20,000 bases of DNA from an uncultured virus (IMG/VR IMGVR_UViG_3300008267_000038) (Duplodnaviria > Heunggongvirae > Uroviricota > Caudoviricetes): the IMG/VR virus record IMGVR_UViG_3300008267_000038, positions 55,813 to 75,812 of that record; one strand, written 5' to 3'. This document shows positions 1 to 7,979 of the stretch, one piece after another (within the stretch, counting starts at the first letter, position 1; each line of letters opens with the position of its first letter). The translations under genes and the position numbers were made by a program. A model generated the notes under the pieces. It had not been told where the DNA came from. It made no database searches and was given only the letters and a program-made list of their open reading frames with translations.

Positions 1-148
1 GCCGCAGGGTCTTTTTGGCCTCAAGGTCGAGGTCGATGAAGGCGTCCCTGATACGCTTGGTTTCGACGCCACCACCGCTCATGCGGGCCGCCACGATGTT
101 CATGGTGCCAATGTCGAGGCCGACACCGGGCTTCGCAGTCTGACTCAT
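1..148 (-). CDS. Actin-fold ATPase (MreB/ParM/MamK-like), N-terminal fragment running off the window; alternative in-frame start at 265
   Basis: Not in the ORF track. Translates as MSQTAKPGVGLDIGTMNIVAARMSGGGVETKRIRDAFIDLDLEAKKTLR. GLDIGT is the phosphate-1 motif (DxGT) of the actin/Hsp70 superfamily. RBS AAAAGGAA precedes the ATG at 148. Confidence 0.7.
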   Translation of the reverse strand, partial: MSQTAKPGVGLDIGTMNIVAARMSGGGVETKRIRDAFIDLDLEAKKTLR

Positions 149-278
149 CTGGGTTTCCTTTTTGGGTTTTCGGGCCTTGCCGCTCGGCTTGGTCCCGTCG
201 GTCCACACGGCGGCACAGAGAGCCTCAAACTCCGGGTCGAACTTGTCGGTCGGGTTTGAGGCCATCTGTCTCGGGGTG

Positions 279-1442
279 TTAGTAGAGTTTGGGTTTGTAG
301 TTCGATCCCACTTCTTCAAGGAACAAAACCCATTCCTCCCTCAGTTGCTCGGCGTACTTGGCGTCCTTGGACTTGTACTTTTCGATCTCTTTTTTGAAGG
401 TACTAATGACGTACTCTCGACCCCGCTTGACAGTCTCGGCAATCAGAGCCTTGACGTACTCGGGGTCTTTGCCCTCGTTCATTTTCTTGACGGCGCGGCA
501 AGCGTTGTCAATGCCCTTTCGGGCCTCCACGTTCATGTCGAAGTCAGCCTTGATAAAGTCAACCAAGCCTTTTTTGCGGTCACGGATGACCTCGATGATG
601 TCGAGAACGTCGTCTTGGTCTAGCTTGGGACCACTTGCCTGCTTGGAAAGGTCGGACTCAAAGCGGGCGGTGACCTGTCGGGTCAGCAGTTCGTGCTTGA
701 AGGCGTCCAATGGGTGCATAGTGGCTTCCTTTTGTCGAGTGGCATGAGTGGGGTGACCCATCATGGAGGCTTCCTTCATGGAGGACCGCTGCTTGAGCAG
801 GTAGGCGAGGGACTCCTGCTTGTCTGCGATGCCCTGCAAGAGGTTGTCGATACCGTGGGAGAGCAGCCCCTTGTCCTCAAGGGCTGCGTAGGCGAGTTGC
901 ATGAGGACCGCTGACTTCATGAGCGCCCGCCACGACAGCAGCGGCATCTCCTGCGGGGTCGGCTGCACGGGGGCATCGCTGTAAAACAGCTTCGTGAACG
1001 TCATCATGTGGCTCATCTGGAGGAGGGGCTGCACCAAGATGGTGTCGCCCTTCCCGACGGCACGCTCGGCCAAGCCGTCGATGAGGCCGTTCACTTCGCC
1101 GTAGATACGCTCAAACAGCAGATGGTCGCCGTAGTAGGTCTGGCCCCGAGTCTGCCAATGGTGGGCCTGGTGGATCATGGCCTCGGCCCGAAGGCTCGCC
1201 AGCAGTACGGCCAACTCGGCCATAGGGGTGCCGCCGAAGTCAGCCACACAATGCTGGAAGGCGACCTCCACATCGGTACCGACCTGTAGGGCCGCCTGTC
1301 GGACCCATCCACCAACCTCGCCCCCGTGAGCAGCGACCTTCCCGCCCACGATACCCGGTAGGTAGGGGGGTCCGTCCTTCAAGTAGTTGTAGGAGAGGGG
1401 ATCGTGCAAAAGGGCGTAGGTCGAGTGGAGGTCATTCAGCAT
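279..1442 (-). CDS. Dps/ferritin-like domain protein fused to a C-terminal helical domain (possible internal start at 719)
   Basis: HWQTRGQTYYGDHLLFERIYGEVNGLIDGLAER has the Dps ferroxidase spacing H-x11-H-x3-E-x10-D-x3-E. TAATG coupling to the upstream gene. Internal RBS AAAAGGAAG before ATG 719 (MHPLDAF). Confidence 0.8.
   Translation of the reverse strand: MLNDLHSTYALLHDPLSYNYLKDGPPYLPGIVGGKVAAHGGEVGGWVRQAALQVGTDVEVAFQHCVADFGGTPMAELAVLLASLRAEAMIHQAHHWQTRGQTYYGDHLLFERIYGEVNGLIDGLAERAVGKGDTILVQPLLQMSHMMTFTKLFYSDAPVQPTPQEMPLLSWRALMKSAVLMQLAYAALEDKGLLSHGIDNLLQGIADKQESLAYLLKQRSSMKEASMMGHPTHATRQKEATMHPLDAFKHELLTRQVTARFESDLSKQASGPKLDQDDVLDIIEVIRDRKKGLVDFIKADFDMNVEARKGIDNACRAVKKMNEGKDPEYVKALIAETVKRGREYVISTFKKEIEKYKSKDAKYAEQLREEWVLFLEEVGSNYKPKLY
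726..761 (+). repeat. Left copy of 36-bp inverted repeat
   Basis: TTCCTTTTGTCGAGTGGCATGAGTGGGGTGACCCAT matches the reverse complement of 4298-4333 at 35/36 positions. Confidence 0.97.
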
Positions 1443-1753
1443 TAGTCATCCATCCCAGCGAGGATGTCCATGAGGGCGGCCTTCTTGCCCTTGTTCTTCA
1501 ACTCCTTGCCCAGATCAGCCAGCGTCTCCTTCTCGGGACGGCCACCGGCCTTGGCAGCACAAAGCGGACACTTGACGCCGCTGGTCTGCTTGACGGTCAG
1601 GTAGAACTGGTGGGACTCGTCCTTCGAGCAGGTGTACTCAAACAGGTTCGCACCACCCTGCTTGGCCTCACTCTGCTTCTTGCCACCACGCTTGGCGACT
1701 CGGGACATCACGGACTCGGAAAAGTTCAACAGGCTGGCTTGACGCGGGTGCAT
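1442..1753 (-). CDS. Small basic protein with putative zinc ribbon (C-x5-H...CPLC), 103 aa
   Basis: Strong RBS AGGAGG before ATG 1753 (MHPRQAS...); motif YTCSKDESH...KCPLC. Confidence 0.75.
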   Translation of the reverse strand: MHPRQASLLNFSESVMSRVAKRGGKKQSEAKQGGANLFEYTCSKDESHQFYLTVKQTSGVKCPLCAAKAGGRPEKETLADLGKELKNKGKKAALMDILAGMDD

Positions 1754-1764
1754 GGGAAATCCTC

Positions 1765-1790
1765 CTACAGGGGGTGAGAGAAAAGAAAGA
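1765..1790 (-). promoter_or_regulatory. Putative phage late promoter motif (CTTTTC-N11-GTAG)
   Basis: Intergenic, directly after a stop codon; same spacing as the sites near 4308, 5988, 8810 and 13972. Confidence 0.45.
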
Positions 1791-2402
1791 CTATTGCCGA
1801 CCCTGGCGCAGTTTGCGGAGGGCATCCGCAGCCGTACCAAGGGACGAGTTCTCCGACGTCTCGGACTGCACCTCTGCGAGGCGGCCTTCGATGCCTTTGG
1901 GTTTGATCTCGGTAGGGATGAACGCCGGTACATCCACCTCCACGACACCAAACCCCACGGAGGTTGTGCGCCCAGACGAAGTGGACGCTGCGGGATTGGC
2001 GGCCATGACGGGCACCCCAGACCTCAAGAGGGTGAGGATTTGGTCGATGCGATCATCCTGTGGGGGCGGCGGGGGCGCAGGAGGCGTCTGTAGGGCTTGC
2101 TCCAAGGTTGCGACCATCTCCCGCAGCTTGGCGTTCTCGGCCTCCAGTTGCCGACACTTATCCTGCCAGACCTCGACGTTAGGGGCTGGGGCGACTGTGG
2201 GCCGAACAGGACCTTGACTGACCGATCCCCCGTGCAGTTGAAAGACCCGCCGCTGCGAGATAGCCCTCCACAGGTCCTTTGAGACGGTAGCCCTGTTGGC
2301 AGGGATCGTCACAACCTGCCGGTGCGGAACGTCCATGCCGATGTCATAAAGGATGGTGGTGGTGACATCCAGCCCCACCACCGTAACGTCACCTTGCATC
2401 AT
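1791..2402 (-). CDS. Hypothetical protein with coiled coil and Pro-rich linker (~203 aa)
   Basis: ATGA overlap with the upstream stop; MMQGDVTVVGLD...; coiled coil QDKCRQLEAENAKLREMVATLEQ. Confidence 0.75.
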   Translation of the reverse strand: MMQGDVTVVGLDVTTTILYDIGMDVPHRQVVTIPANRATVSKDLWRAISQRRVFQLHGGSVSQGPVRPTVAPAPNVEVWQDKCRQLEAENAKLREMVATLEQALQTPPAPPPPPQDDRIDQILTLLRSGVPVMAANPAASTSSGRTTSVGFGVVEVDVPAFIPTEIKPKGIEGRLAEVQSETSENSSLGTAADALRKLRQGRQ

Positions 2403-2938
2403 CCACCACTCACTTGCCGCCGCAGTTGGGAAGCAATCTCGCGGGTTATCCGCTTCTTGATGACCGTGCGGGCTTCTCTGATGGCGCTGTCTACAAGGTC
2501 GAGAGGCTTGCGGCCTGGGTGTACCCACCGACCATCCGACAAGGACTTCGCCGTAGCCGACCGAAAGATGACCTTACCAGACTCCGTGACGATGGGAATG
2601 GGTGCCGTGGCCTTCCGCAACCAAGCCATCTGCTGCCTACGCTGGCCGTTCACTAGGTAGCCCCACAGGGGGTCCTTGACGACAACTTGCAGGCTTGCCG
2701 CCTTGATGCGCGTGGAGAGCGCCTTGGAGAGGCGCTTCTTGGCCCCATCCGAGTAGGCCGTCTGCTTGATCCTCGAACGAATCCGTTTGAGGATTTCGCC
2801 GCTCAGTTTGTCGAGGGCGGCCTCGACGTCGTAACTCGGGTCGGCGGTAAGCCCACGGCTGTACGATCTCTTTACGGTAAGTTCGGGGGCTGCGAACGCC
2901 TTGCGAGGCTTGGCGGCTTTTACGAGAAACTTGCCCAC
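2399..2938 (-). CDS. Putative neck/tail-completion protein (HK97 gp10-like)
   Basis: Basic 179-aa protein ending ...VIFRS...WVHPG...LVDSAIREA, resembling the gp10-like C-terminus; directly follows the head-closure candidate. Confidence 0.5.
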   Translation of the reverse strand: MGKFLVKAAKPRKAFAAPELTVKRSYSRGLTADPSYDVEAALDKLSGEILKRIRSRIKQTAYSDGAKKRLSKALSTRIKAASLQVVVKDPLWGYLVNGQRRQQMAWLRKATAPIPIVTESGKVIFRSATAKSLSDGRWVHPGRKPLDLVDSAIREARTVIKKRITREIASQLRRQVSGG

Positions 2939-2940
2939 GG

Positions 2941-4299
2941 CTAATACTCGATGTTCTCCCAGACCTTAGTGCGACCACGGAGTTCGCGCTCGTCTGGGAT
3001 GTTGGGCTTGTCGGTGATGGGCGTCGGACCACCCTCCTCGGGCGGCGTGGGGCCGAACTGAACAGCCGTGTAACGCACAGGGTTGTCCATCGGGACCTTG
3101 TAGCGGATGTCCTTCTCGTCGAGGTGGCCGATGTTGAAGTGCTGCTGGAGGACCATGCCTCGGTTGGTCGGCATCCTGACCGCGCCGATGCTGTACCGCT
3201 CCCCATTGATCTTCACGAGGAAGTCTCGCATCGACAGGAGCGGTACAGGACCGGCCCACGCCTCGTAGGTGTGTTCGACGGTGCGGCCAATGTCCTTCTG
3301 CGAGATACGCTTCTCGGCATCGTCGGGGGCGATGATGGACTCGTATGGACCCTCGTAGCCGCCAAGGAACCCCGTCCCGTAACACCGCAGACAATCGGAC
3401 TGCGGTTGCTTGTGGTGGGTGTCGGGGATGCAGGGACAGGGTAGGCCGACGTTCTTGCGTAGGAACAGTCGGACCCGCTCGCCACCCTGCTCCAAAATCC
3501 AGCGGTTCCGGCGCACGGCCTCCCGCCAGATGAAGTCGAGTTTCTCGATCTCTTGGTTGGAGGTCGCCGCAGCGTTCTCCAGCGGTGTCTCGATGAAGTC
3601 GCTTTCGGACAGGTCGCTCAGACGACAGCCAGGCGGGATGCCCACCGCGCAGACACGGTAAAAGACCCGCTGGGCCAAGTCAGTACGGAGCAGCGACTTG
3701 GTTCGCCGGTAACTGACCGTAACCTTCTCGGCCTTGTTGGCAGGTAGGACGGCCGGATCGTAGTTCTGCAAGGCTACGTTCGAGAACTCACGGGGGTCGA
3801 TCTGCACCTCTCCCGAGAACCCATCGACGGCTAGAACACGGGCGCGTCGATCTCCGACGAACACCATAACGTCGTCGGGGTCCTGCGTGGGGGTGTTCTG
3901 GGACCCCGCCTTCACGATGGGCGCATAGAGGGTCTTGAACGAGTACCGTGTGGGACCCTCCTCGGAGGTAGGTTTCCCAAAGTACATCCAACTAGACGGG
4001 ACTACGAACTCCTCTACCAACTCCACGTCGGTCTGGTCCCGCCAGAAGGTTGTCCCGACGGGTACCTGCGTGAGCCGGTGGTAGGGGCCAAACTCGGAGT
4101 CGAAACTCCGATAGACGTTGACGCCCACGAGGTTCCAATCGCTGTTGAGCGACAGGGCAGATGGGTCATCCCATCGAAGATCGTACACGCCTGGCCGCCA
4201 CCCACTCGTCAAGAACAGGTTGAGAGGGGGCAGCGGCCACGGCGCACGGGTGATCTCTAGGGACGATGGATTACGGTCACGGTTTGTTGAGTACGGCAT
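2941..4299 (-). CDS. Putative head-closure/neck protein with N-terminal FN3-like domain and CPC...CxxCxGTG zinc motif
   Basis: N-terminal LRWDDP...VGVNVYRS (FN3-like); C-terminal GERVRLFLRK...CPC...CLRCYGTGFLGGY...DFLV...RYSIGAV resembles head-completion proteins of large myoviruses. Confidence 0.6.
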   Translation of the reverse strand: MPYSTNRDRNPSSLEITRAPWPLPPLNLFLTSGWRPGVYDLRWDDPSALSLNSDWNLVGVNVYRSFDSEFGPYHRLTQVPVGTTFWRDQTDVELVEEFVVPSSWMYFGKPTSEEGPTRYSFKTLYAPIVKAGSQNTPTQDPDDVMVFVGDRRARVLAVDGFSGEVQIDPREFSNVALQNYDPAVLPANKAEKVTVSYRRTKSLLRTDLAQRVFYRVCAVGIPPGCRLSDLSESDFIETPLENAAATSNQEIEKLDFIWREAVRRNRWILEQGGERVRLFLRKNVGLPCPCIPDTHHKQPQSDCLRCYGTGFLGGYEGPYESIIAPDDAEKRISQKDIGRTVEHTYEAWAGPVPLLSMRDFLVKINGERYSIGAVRMPTNRGMVLQQHFNIGHLDEKDIRYKVPMDNPVRYTAVQFGPTPPEEGGPTPITDKPNIPDERELRGRTKVWENIEY

Positions 4300-4333
4300 G
4301 GGTCACCCCACTCATGCCACTCGACAAGAGGAA
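4298..4333 (-). repeat. Right copy of 36-bp inverted repeat; covers almost the whole intergenic leader (promoter-like motif, RBS, AT of the ATG) of the 452-aa gene
   Basis: Minus strand reads TTCCTCTTGTCGAGTGGCATGAGTGGGGTGACCCAT(G); contains CTTGTC-N11-GTGG. Confidence 0.97.
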
Positions 4334-4336
4334 CCG

Positions 4337-4639
4337 TCACGCCGTAGGGGCGGCTTCCGCAGCGGGGGGCGGGGCACGCAACACCTTGAGGGCACCTGTC
4401 TGGGCCTCGATCTCAATGGGGGTGTTGGGCGGCAACCCGCGCTCCATGAGAACCTTCTCAAAGAGACGGCTTCGCTCCTCATCGACCCTGTTGGCGGCCA
4501 CCAGCAGGCGCACCTTCTCCTGCTCGATCTCTAGGAGCCTCTCCCCCAACTCGTAACGGGCAGCGGACAACTCCTCCAACCGCTTCCTCGTCTCGGTGTC
4601 CACGGGGTCGCTCGGGGTCAACTTCTTCTCATCACTCAT
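4337..4639 (-). CDS. Hypothetical coiled-coil protein, 100 aa
   Basis: RBS GGGGAGG; heptad-rich RKRLEELSAARYELGERLLEIEQEKVRLL. Confidence 0.8.
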   Translation of the reverse strand: MSDEKKLTPSDPVDTETRKRLEELSAARYELGERLLEIEQEKVRLLVAANRVDEERSRLFEKVLMERGLPPNTPIEIEAQTGALKVLRAPPPAAEAAPTA

Positions 4640-4724
4640 TTGGGCCTCCCCGCTGGTTGATTTCCAGCGTGTTCGCTTCCTATCACAGGCAGGGACCGTG
4701 GTGGTCCCACAGGAGAGTACCGAG

Positions 4725-5069
4725 ATGGATTTGTCAAAGATGCGTGAACAGATCGACGAACTGACGGGCGGCGGCCTCTACGAACTCAACCGTATCTGCG
4801 TCGAGAACGAGTTGGACCCCAACCTGTGTGTCAGCCCCGAGGGGGATGAGACGAGCCGCTACACGTTCTTCGCTACGAACGTCGAAGGCGACGTCGTGTA
4901 CCACAGGTCTGTGTACGCCCCCAAAGACCGACGGCTGGAGATTCAACTCGACGTCTGGTTGAAGCTGCGTGACATCAAAAAGCAAACCGCACGAATCCGC
5001 GAGGGACTCGTGCGGCTTGAGGCTGGACTCGACCCCGAGGAGCCGAAGCCCACCGTCACTCTACACTAG
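4725..5069 (+). CDS. Hypothetical protein, 114 aa (the only plus-strand gene)
   Basis: RBS AGGAGAG before ATG 4725 (MDLSKMREQ...); fills the gap between minus-strand genes; stop overlaps the convergent stop (CTAG, 5066-5069). Confidence 0.75.
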   Translation: MDLSKMREQIDELTGGGLYELNRICVENELDPNLCVSPEGDETSRYTFFATNVEGDVVYHRSVYAPKDRRLEIQLDVWLKLRDIKKQTARIREGLVRLEAGLDPEEPKPTVTLH

Positions 5070-5953
5070 GCGTTGGCCTTGTCCATCAGCGACTTGAACT
5101 GCTTGTTCAAGCCCAACAGGTCGGACACCCAGCCCTTGAACTGCGACCACAGACCAGTGACCTTCTGCCACAACTTCGCGGCGAAGTCGCCAAGGACACC
5201 GGCCGTCTTGGTGTCCTGCGACAGACCCTTCTCAAAGGCAGCGAGGGCGTTCTGGACGGACTTGATGACATCATCCTTGCTGAGAGCCGTGAGGGCGGCC
5301 TTCATCATGGATTGGAAGGCGTCCTCGAAGGCAACGGTCGGAGCATGGTGAGTCTTGTGGCGGTTCGCCTGCTCCTCACACTCGTGCAACGCCTTACGGC
5401 ACTTGTCGAGTTCGGCCTGAGCCTCCTCCAAGTCCTTCTTGGCGATCTCAAGCCACTCCTGACGCTGCTTGACGCGGTTGCCCTCCGCGATGCCCGTCAT
5501 GTGCTTCTCGATGAGGGCCTGGGCGTCCGCGACCAACCGCTCGAAGTGGTTGATCTGGTTGAGCCAATCCTGCGCGACGGGGCCGAAGTCCGACAACAGA
5601 CCCTCAGACTTCATCTTCTCCTTCACCCACTCCTCGACCTGCTCGCCGGTCTTGGCAGAGAAGTCACCCTGCGAACCCTCACCACCCAGACCCTTGATGA
5701 ACTCCTCGGGCAGGGCGTAGTTCATCTTCGCGCACTTGTTACGCCAATGCTTGACGGCCACCGCGTAGTTGAAGTGATCGCCGTGAGCCTCGACGACGTG
5801 CTTCCAGAAGCTAAGAACCTTGGCATCCAGCTTGCCCGTATCCACGGCCTTGGCGATGGAAGCGGGAGGACGGAAGCGGTCGTCTGACAGGACGCCGAAG
5901 CTCGCCCTCTTGGCGAGAAAACGGCGAACAACGGTGGCCGGAACAAGCGACAT
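5066..5953 (-). CDS. Helical/coiled-coil protein, 295 aa, possible internal head protein
   Basis: RBS GAGG; N-terminal VVRRFLAKRAS and internal KTAG motifs; long coiled coil; amphipathic C-terminal helix. Confidence 0.8.
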   Translation of the reverse strand: MSLVPATVVRRFLAKRASFGVLSDDRFRPPASIAKAVDTGKLDAKVLSFWKHVVEAHGDHFNYAVAVKHWRNKCAKMNYALPEEFIKGLGGEGSQGDFSAKTGEQVEEWVKEKMKSEGLLSDFGPVAQDWLNQINHFERLVADAQALIEKHMTGIAEGNRVKQRQEWLEIAKKDLEEAQAELDKCRKALHECEEQANRHKTHHAPTVAFEDAFQSMMKAALTALSKDDVIKSVQNALAAFEKGLSQDTKTAGVLGDFAAKLWQKVTGLWSQFKGWVSDLLGLNKQFKSLMDKANA

Positions 5954-5987
5954 GGGAACCTCTGTTGAAGGGAAAACTCCGCAGACC

Positions 5988-6014
5988 TAATCTTGCAGAC
6001 CTCATAAAAGGTCT
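5988..6014 (-). promoter_or_regulatory. Putative late promoter motif (TTTATG-N11-ATTA) overlapping the hairpin AGACCT-N6-AGGTCT
   Basis: Intergenic; shared spacing with the other sites; GCAGACCT direct repeat at 5981 and 5995. Confidence 0.45.
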
Positions 6015-6321
6015 ATCGAGAAAACCGACGCTTCTCAAGTGCCTGTAGGACGGCAGCGAACACCTTGGCGGGCATCCCGTTGCGTTCGAGAACCTGACGG
6101 AACCTCTCGTCGCCCTCAAGTTCCTCGACGGTCGGTACCCCAACGGGCTTGGGTGCCTCGGTGGACTTATGCCACCTCCAGATCGCCATGCCCCTCGGGT
6201 TTGGTCTATCACGCCACTCGGGACAGCGGGCCAGATGCTTCCTGTACTGGCTGTAGTTGGGTGCCGCGTGTCCGCAGAGGCAGCGATGGAGTACGCGGTT
6301 GGCTTTGAGAGGCGGCTTCAT
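6013..6321 (-). CDS. Small putative zinc-finger protein (CxC...H-x3-C), 102 aa
   Basis: RBS GAGAGGTGG before ATG 6321 (MKPPLKAN...); motif HRCLCGH...RKHLARC. Confidence 0.65.
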   Translation of the reverse strand: MKPPLKANRVLHRCLCGHAAPNYSQYRKHLARCPEWRDRPNPRGMAIWRWHKSTEAPKPVGVPTVEELEGDERFRQVLERNGMPAKVFAAVLQALEKRRFSR

Positions 6322-6340
6322 ACCACCTCTCTTACACCGA

Positions 6341-7237
6341 CTACAGGCCGACGAACTTGCGGGGCGACAAAACTCCTCGACCGGCGTAGGGGCCGAACGC
6401 GCTGCGGATACCCACACCGTACCGAGGCTGCTGGACGCCTCTGATGATGTTGATGGTCATTTTGGCCTTCTCAAGCTGCTTGTCGAACTGGTCGGAGGCC
6501 GTCGAGAGCGCCCCCTCGTACTTGCTCGACTTGTCGAGCGTCAGGCTGACACCGCCGATGCTGTAGTCGAACTCGTCCGCGATCCAGTTGAGCCGCAGGG
6601 CTTGAAGGGCGTGGATCATGGCCCCCGTCAACAACAGGGTGCGCCAAGCGGGGTACTGGTTGACCAGCGTATCGAGGCTGCTGAACGGGGTGAACGGAGG
6701 GGCCAGCGAGATGGTGTCGAGGGAGCGTTCGAGGTACTCCTTCAACTCCTCATCCTCCCAGATGTAGCCGAACACACGGTTGAACTGGCCGACCGTCTCC
6801 TCGTGGGCGGGCGGTCGCCAATGGTAGTTGCGGTCGGGGTTGTTGTCACGGGTCAGAATACGGAGCCGTCTGATGAGATCGGACTCCGCAGCCGTGTAGA
6901 TGGTGGCGACAGGGGAGGGAGAGTTCCTATCGAGGATGGCGAACTCCTGCACAACCTGCTGGAGCGGACCACCCAGAATCTCTCGGAAGGTCCAACGGAT
7001 GCGGTAGGTCCCGATGTTGGCGTCGAGAGGTACGAGGAGGCTGGCGAAGTATTCCCCGACCGAAGGGTTCTGGGGCTGCCGCTGGTTGGACCCCAAGACC
7101 GCTTCCTGACCCGTCGTGAAGTCATAGAGGGCGTAACTGATCTCGGCGGCGTTCGCGGGCGTACCGTTGGCGTTCGTGAAGAAGATCGTCAGGTCCTCAC
7201 GCCCAAGCTGCTGTCCGCGATAAAACGTCACGCTCAT
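6341..7237 (-). CDS. Putative head-tail adaptor/connector with N-terminal Ig-like domain
   Basis: RBS AGGAGG; beta-rich N-terminus (GEYFASLLVP...GTYRIRWTF); helical C-terminal half (LRILTRD...WEDEELKEYL...DYSIGGVSL) typical of adaptor proteins. Confidence 0.6.
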   Translation of the reverse strand: MSVTFYRGQQLGREDLTIFFTNANGTPANAAEISYALYDFTTGQEAVLGSNQRQPQNPSVGEYFASLLVPLDANIGTYRIRWTFREILGGPLQQVVQEFAILDRNSPSPVATIYTAAESDLIRRLRILTRDNNPDRNYHWRPPAHEETVGQFNRVFGYIWEDEELKEYLERSLDTISLAPPFTPFSSLDTLVNQYPAWRTLLLTGAMIHALQALRLNWIADEFDYSIGGVSLTLDKSSKYEGALSTASDQFDKQLEKAKMTINIIRGVQQPRYGVGIRSAFGPYAGRGVLSPRKFVGL

Positions 7238-7247
7238 CGAACGCCTC

Positions 7248-7973
7248 CTAGTCCCAACCGTACTTGGCGCACCCGCAGGGGTTTGTCATGGGTGGACCTG
7301 CCTCCAAGACAAACTCCTCCTCGCGGGTCGCGCAGCCCCTACCCTCCGACCAACTCCAGACAACCAGCCAAGTCCCTGGCTGGCCGCACTCCCCTGCGTA
7401 GCCCGTCACATGGTAGCGACCGATCCCATCCTTGGCCGGTACCCTGCGAGGTGGGCCTCGCAGTTGGCGATACCCCCCTGCCAAGACTTCGTAGATCGCA
7501 TAGGTGACGCTGACAGGCGAGTATGGGTTGCCCTGTGCGTCCCGAAGGCAGAGTTCCAGAGCGCCCTTCTGAAAGACCCCCATGAAGGGGAACCTCTGCC
7601 GTGTATCGGGCGCACAGATAGGCTTGGGAGCCTGTGTGATCTCGACGTAGGCTTGCAGAGAGCCGTACCCCAAGATCGGCATGGGCACCGAGTCTCGGAA
7701 GTTACCCAGCCCTCGGACGATGCCCCGCAGGATGAAGGTCTGGACGAGGGTGCCATCGGTATTGCCGATACCCTCGACGCTCCCCGCGTAGGTCTGCTCG
7801 CCCCAGATCGTCCCAGAGCCTTGGGCTTGGCCGCCGACGAGGAACGTCTGGACGGGAGTTCCCGTTAGAGTGCCGACGCCGCCAATCGGGTCCGCAACGT
7901 ATACGGACCACGCCAGAGCGCCAGCGACATCGCCAATGCCGCCCAAAGACTCGGTGAGGTCGATGGTCGGCAT
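7248..7973 (-). CDS. Putative virion structural protein (Gly-rich repeats plus Ig-like domain related to the N-terminus of 6341-7237)
   Basis: GxG repeats with a duplicated GTxVQTF; C-terminal SVTYAIYE...GRYHV...GTWLVVWSW aligns with EISYALYD...GEYFA...GTYRIRWTF. Confidence 0.65.
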   Translation of the reverse strand: MPTIDLTESLGGIGDVAGALAWSVYVADPIGGVGTLTGTPVQTFLVGGQAQGSGTIWGEQTYAGSVEGIGNTDGTLVQTFILRGIVRGLGNFRDSVPMPILGYGSLQAYVEITQAPKPICAPDTRQRFPFMGVFQKGALELCLRDAQGNPYSPVSVTYAIYEVLAGGYRQLRGPPRRVPAKDGIGRYHVTGYAGECGQPGTWLVVWSWSEGRGCATREEEFVLEAGPPMTNPCGCAKYGWD

Positions 7974-7979
7974 CGCTGA

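Noticed and set aside
726..4333. Inverted repeat as IS/transposon ends, CRISPR repeat or DGR TR/VR pair
   Set aside because: No transposase, cas or reverse transcriptase gene is visible; only two copies; no target-site duplication outside the pair; the enclosed genes are virion-type genes
6257..7507. 416-aa plus-strand ORF
   Set aside because: Antisense shadow of the minus-strand adaptor gene, expected from GC-rich codon bias; no recognisable motif
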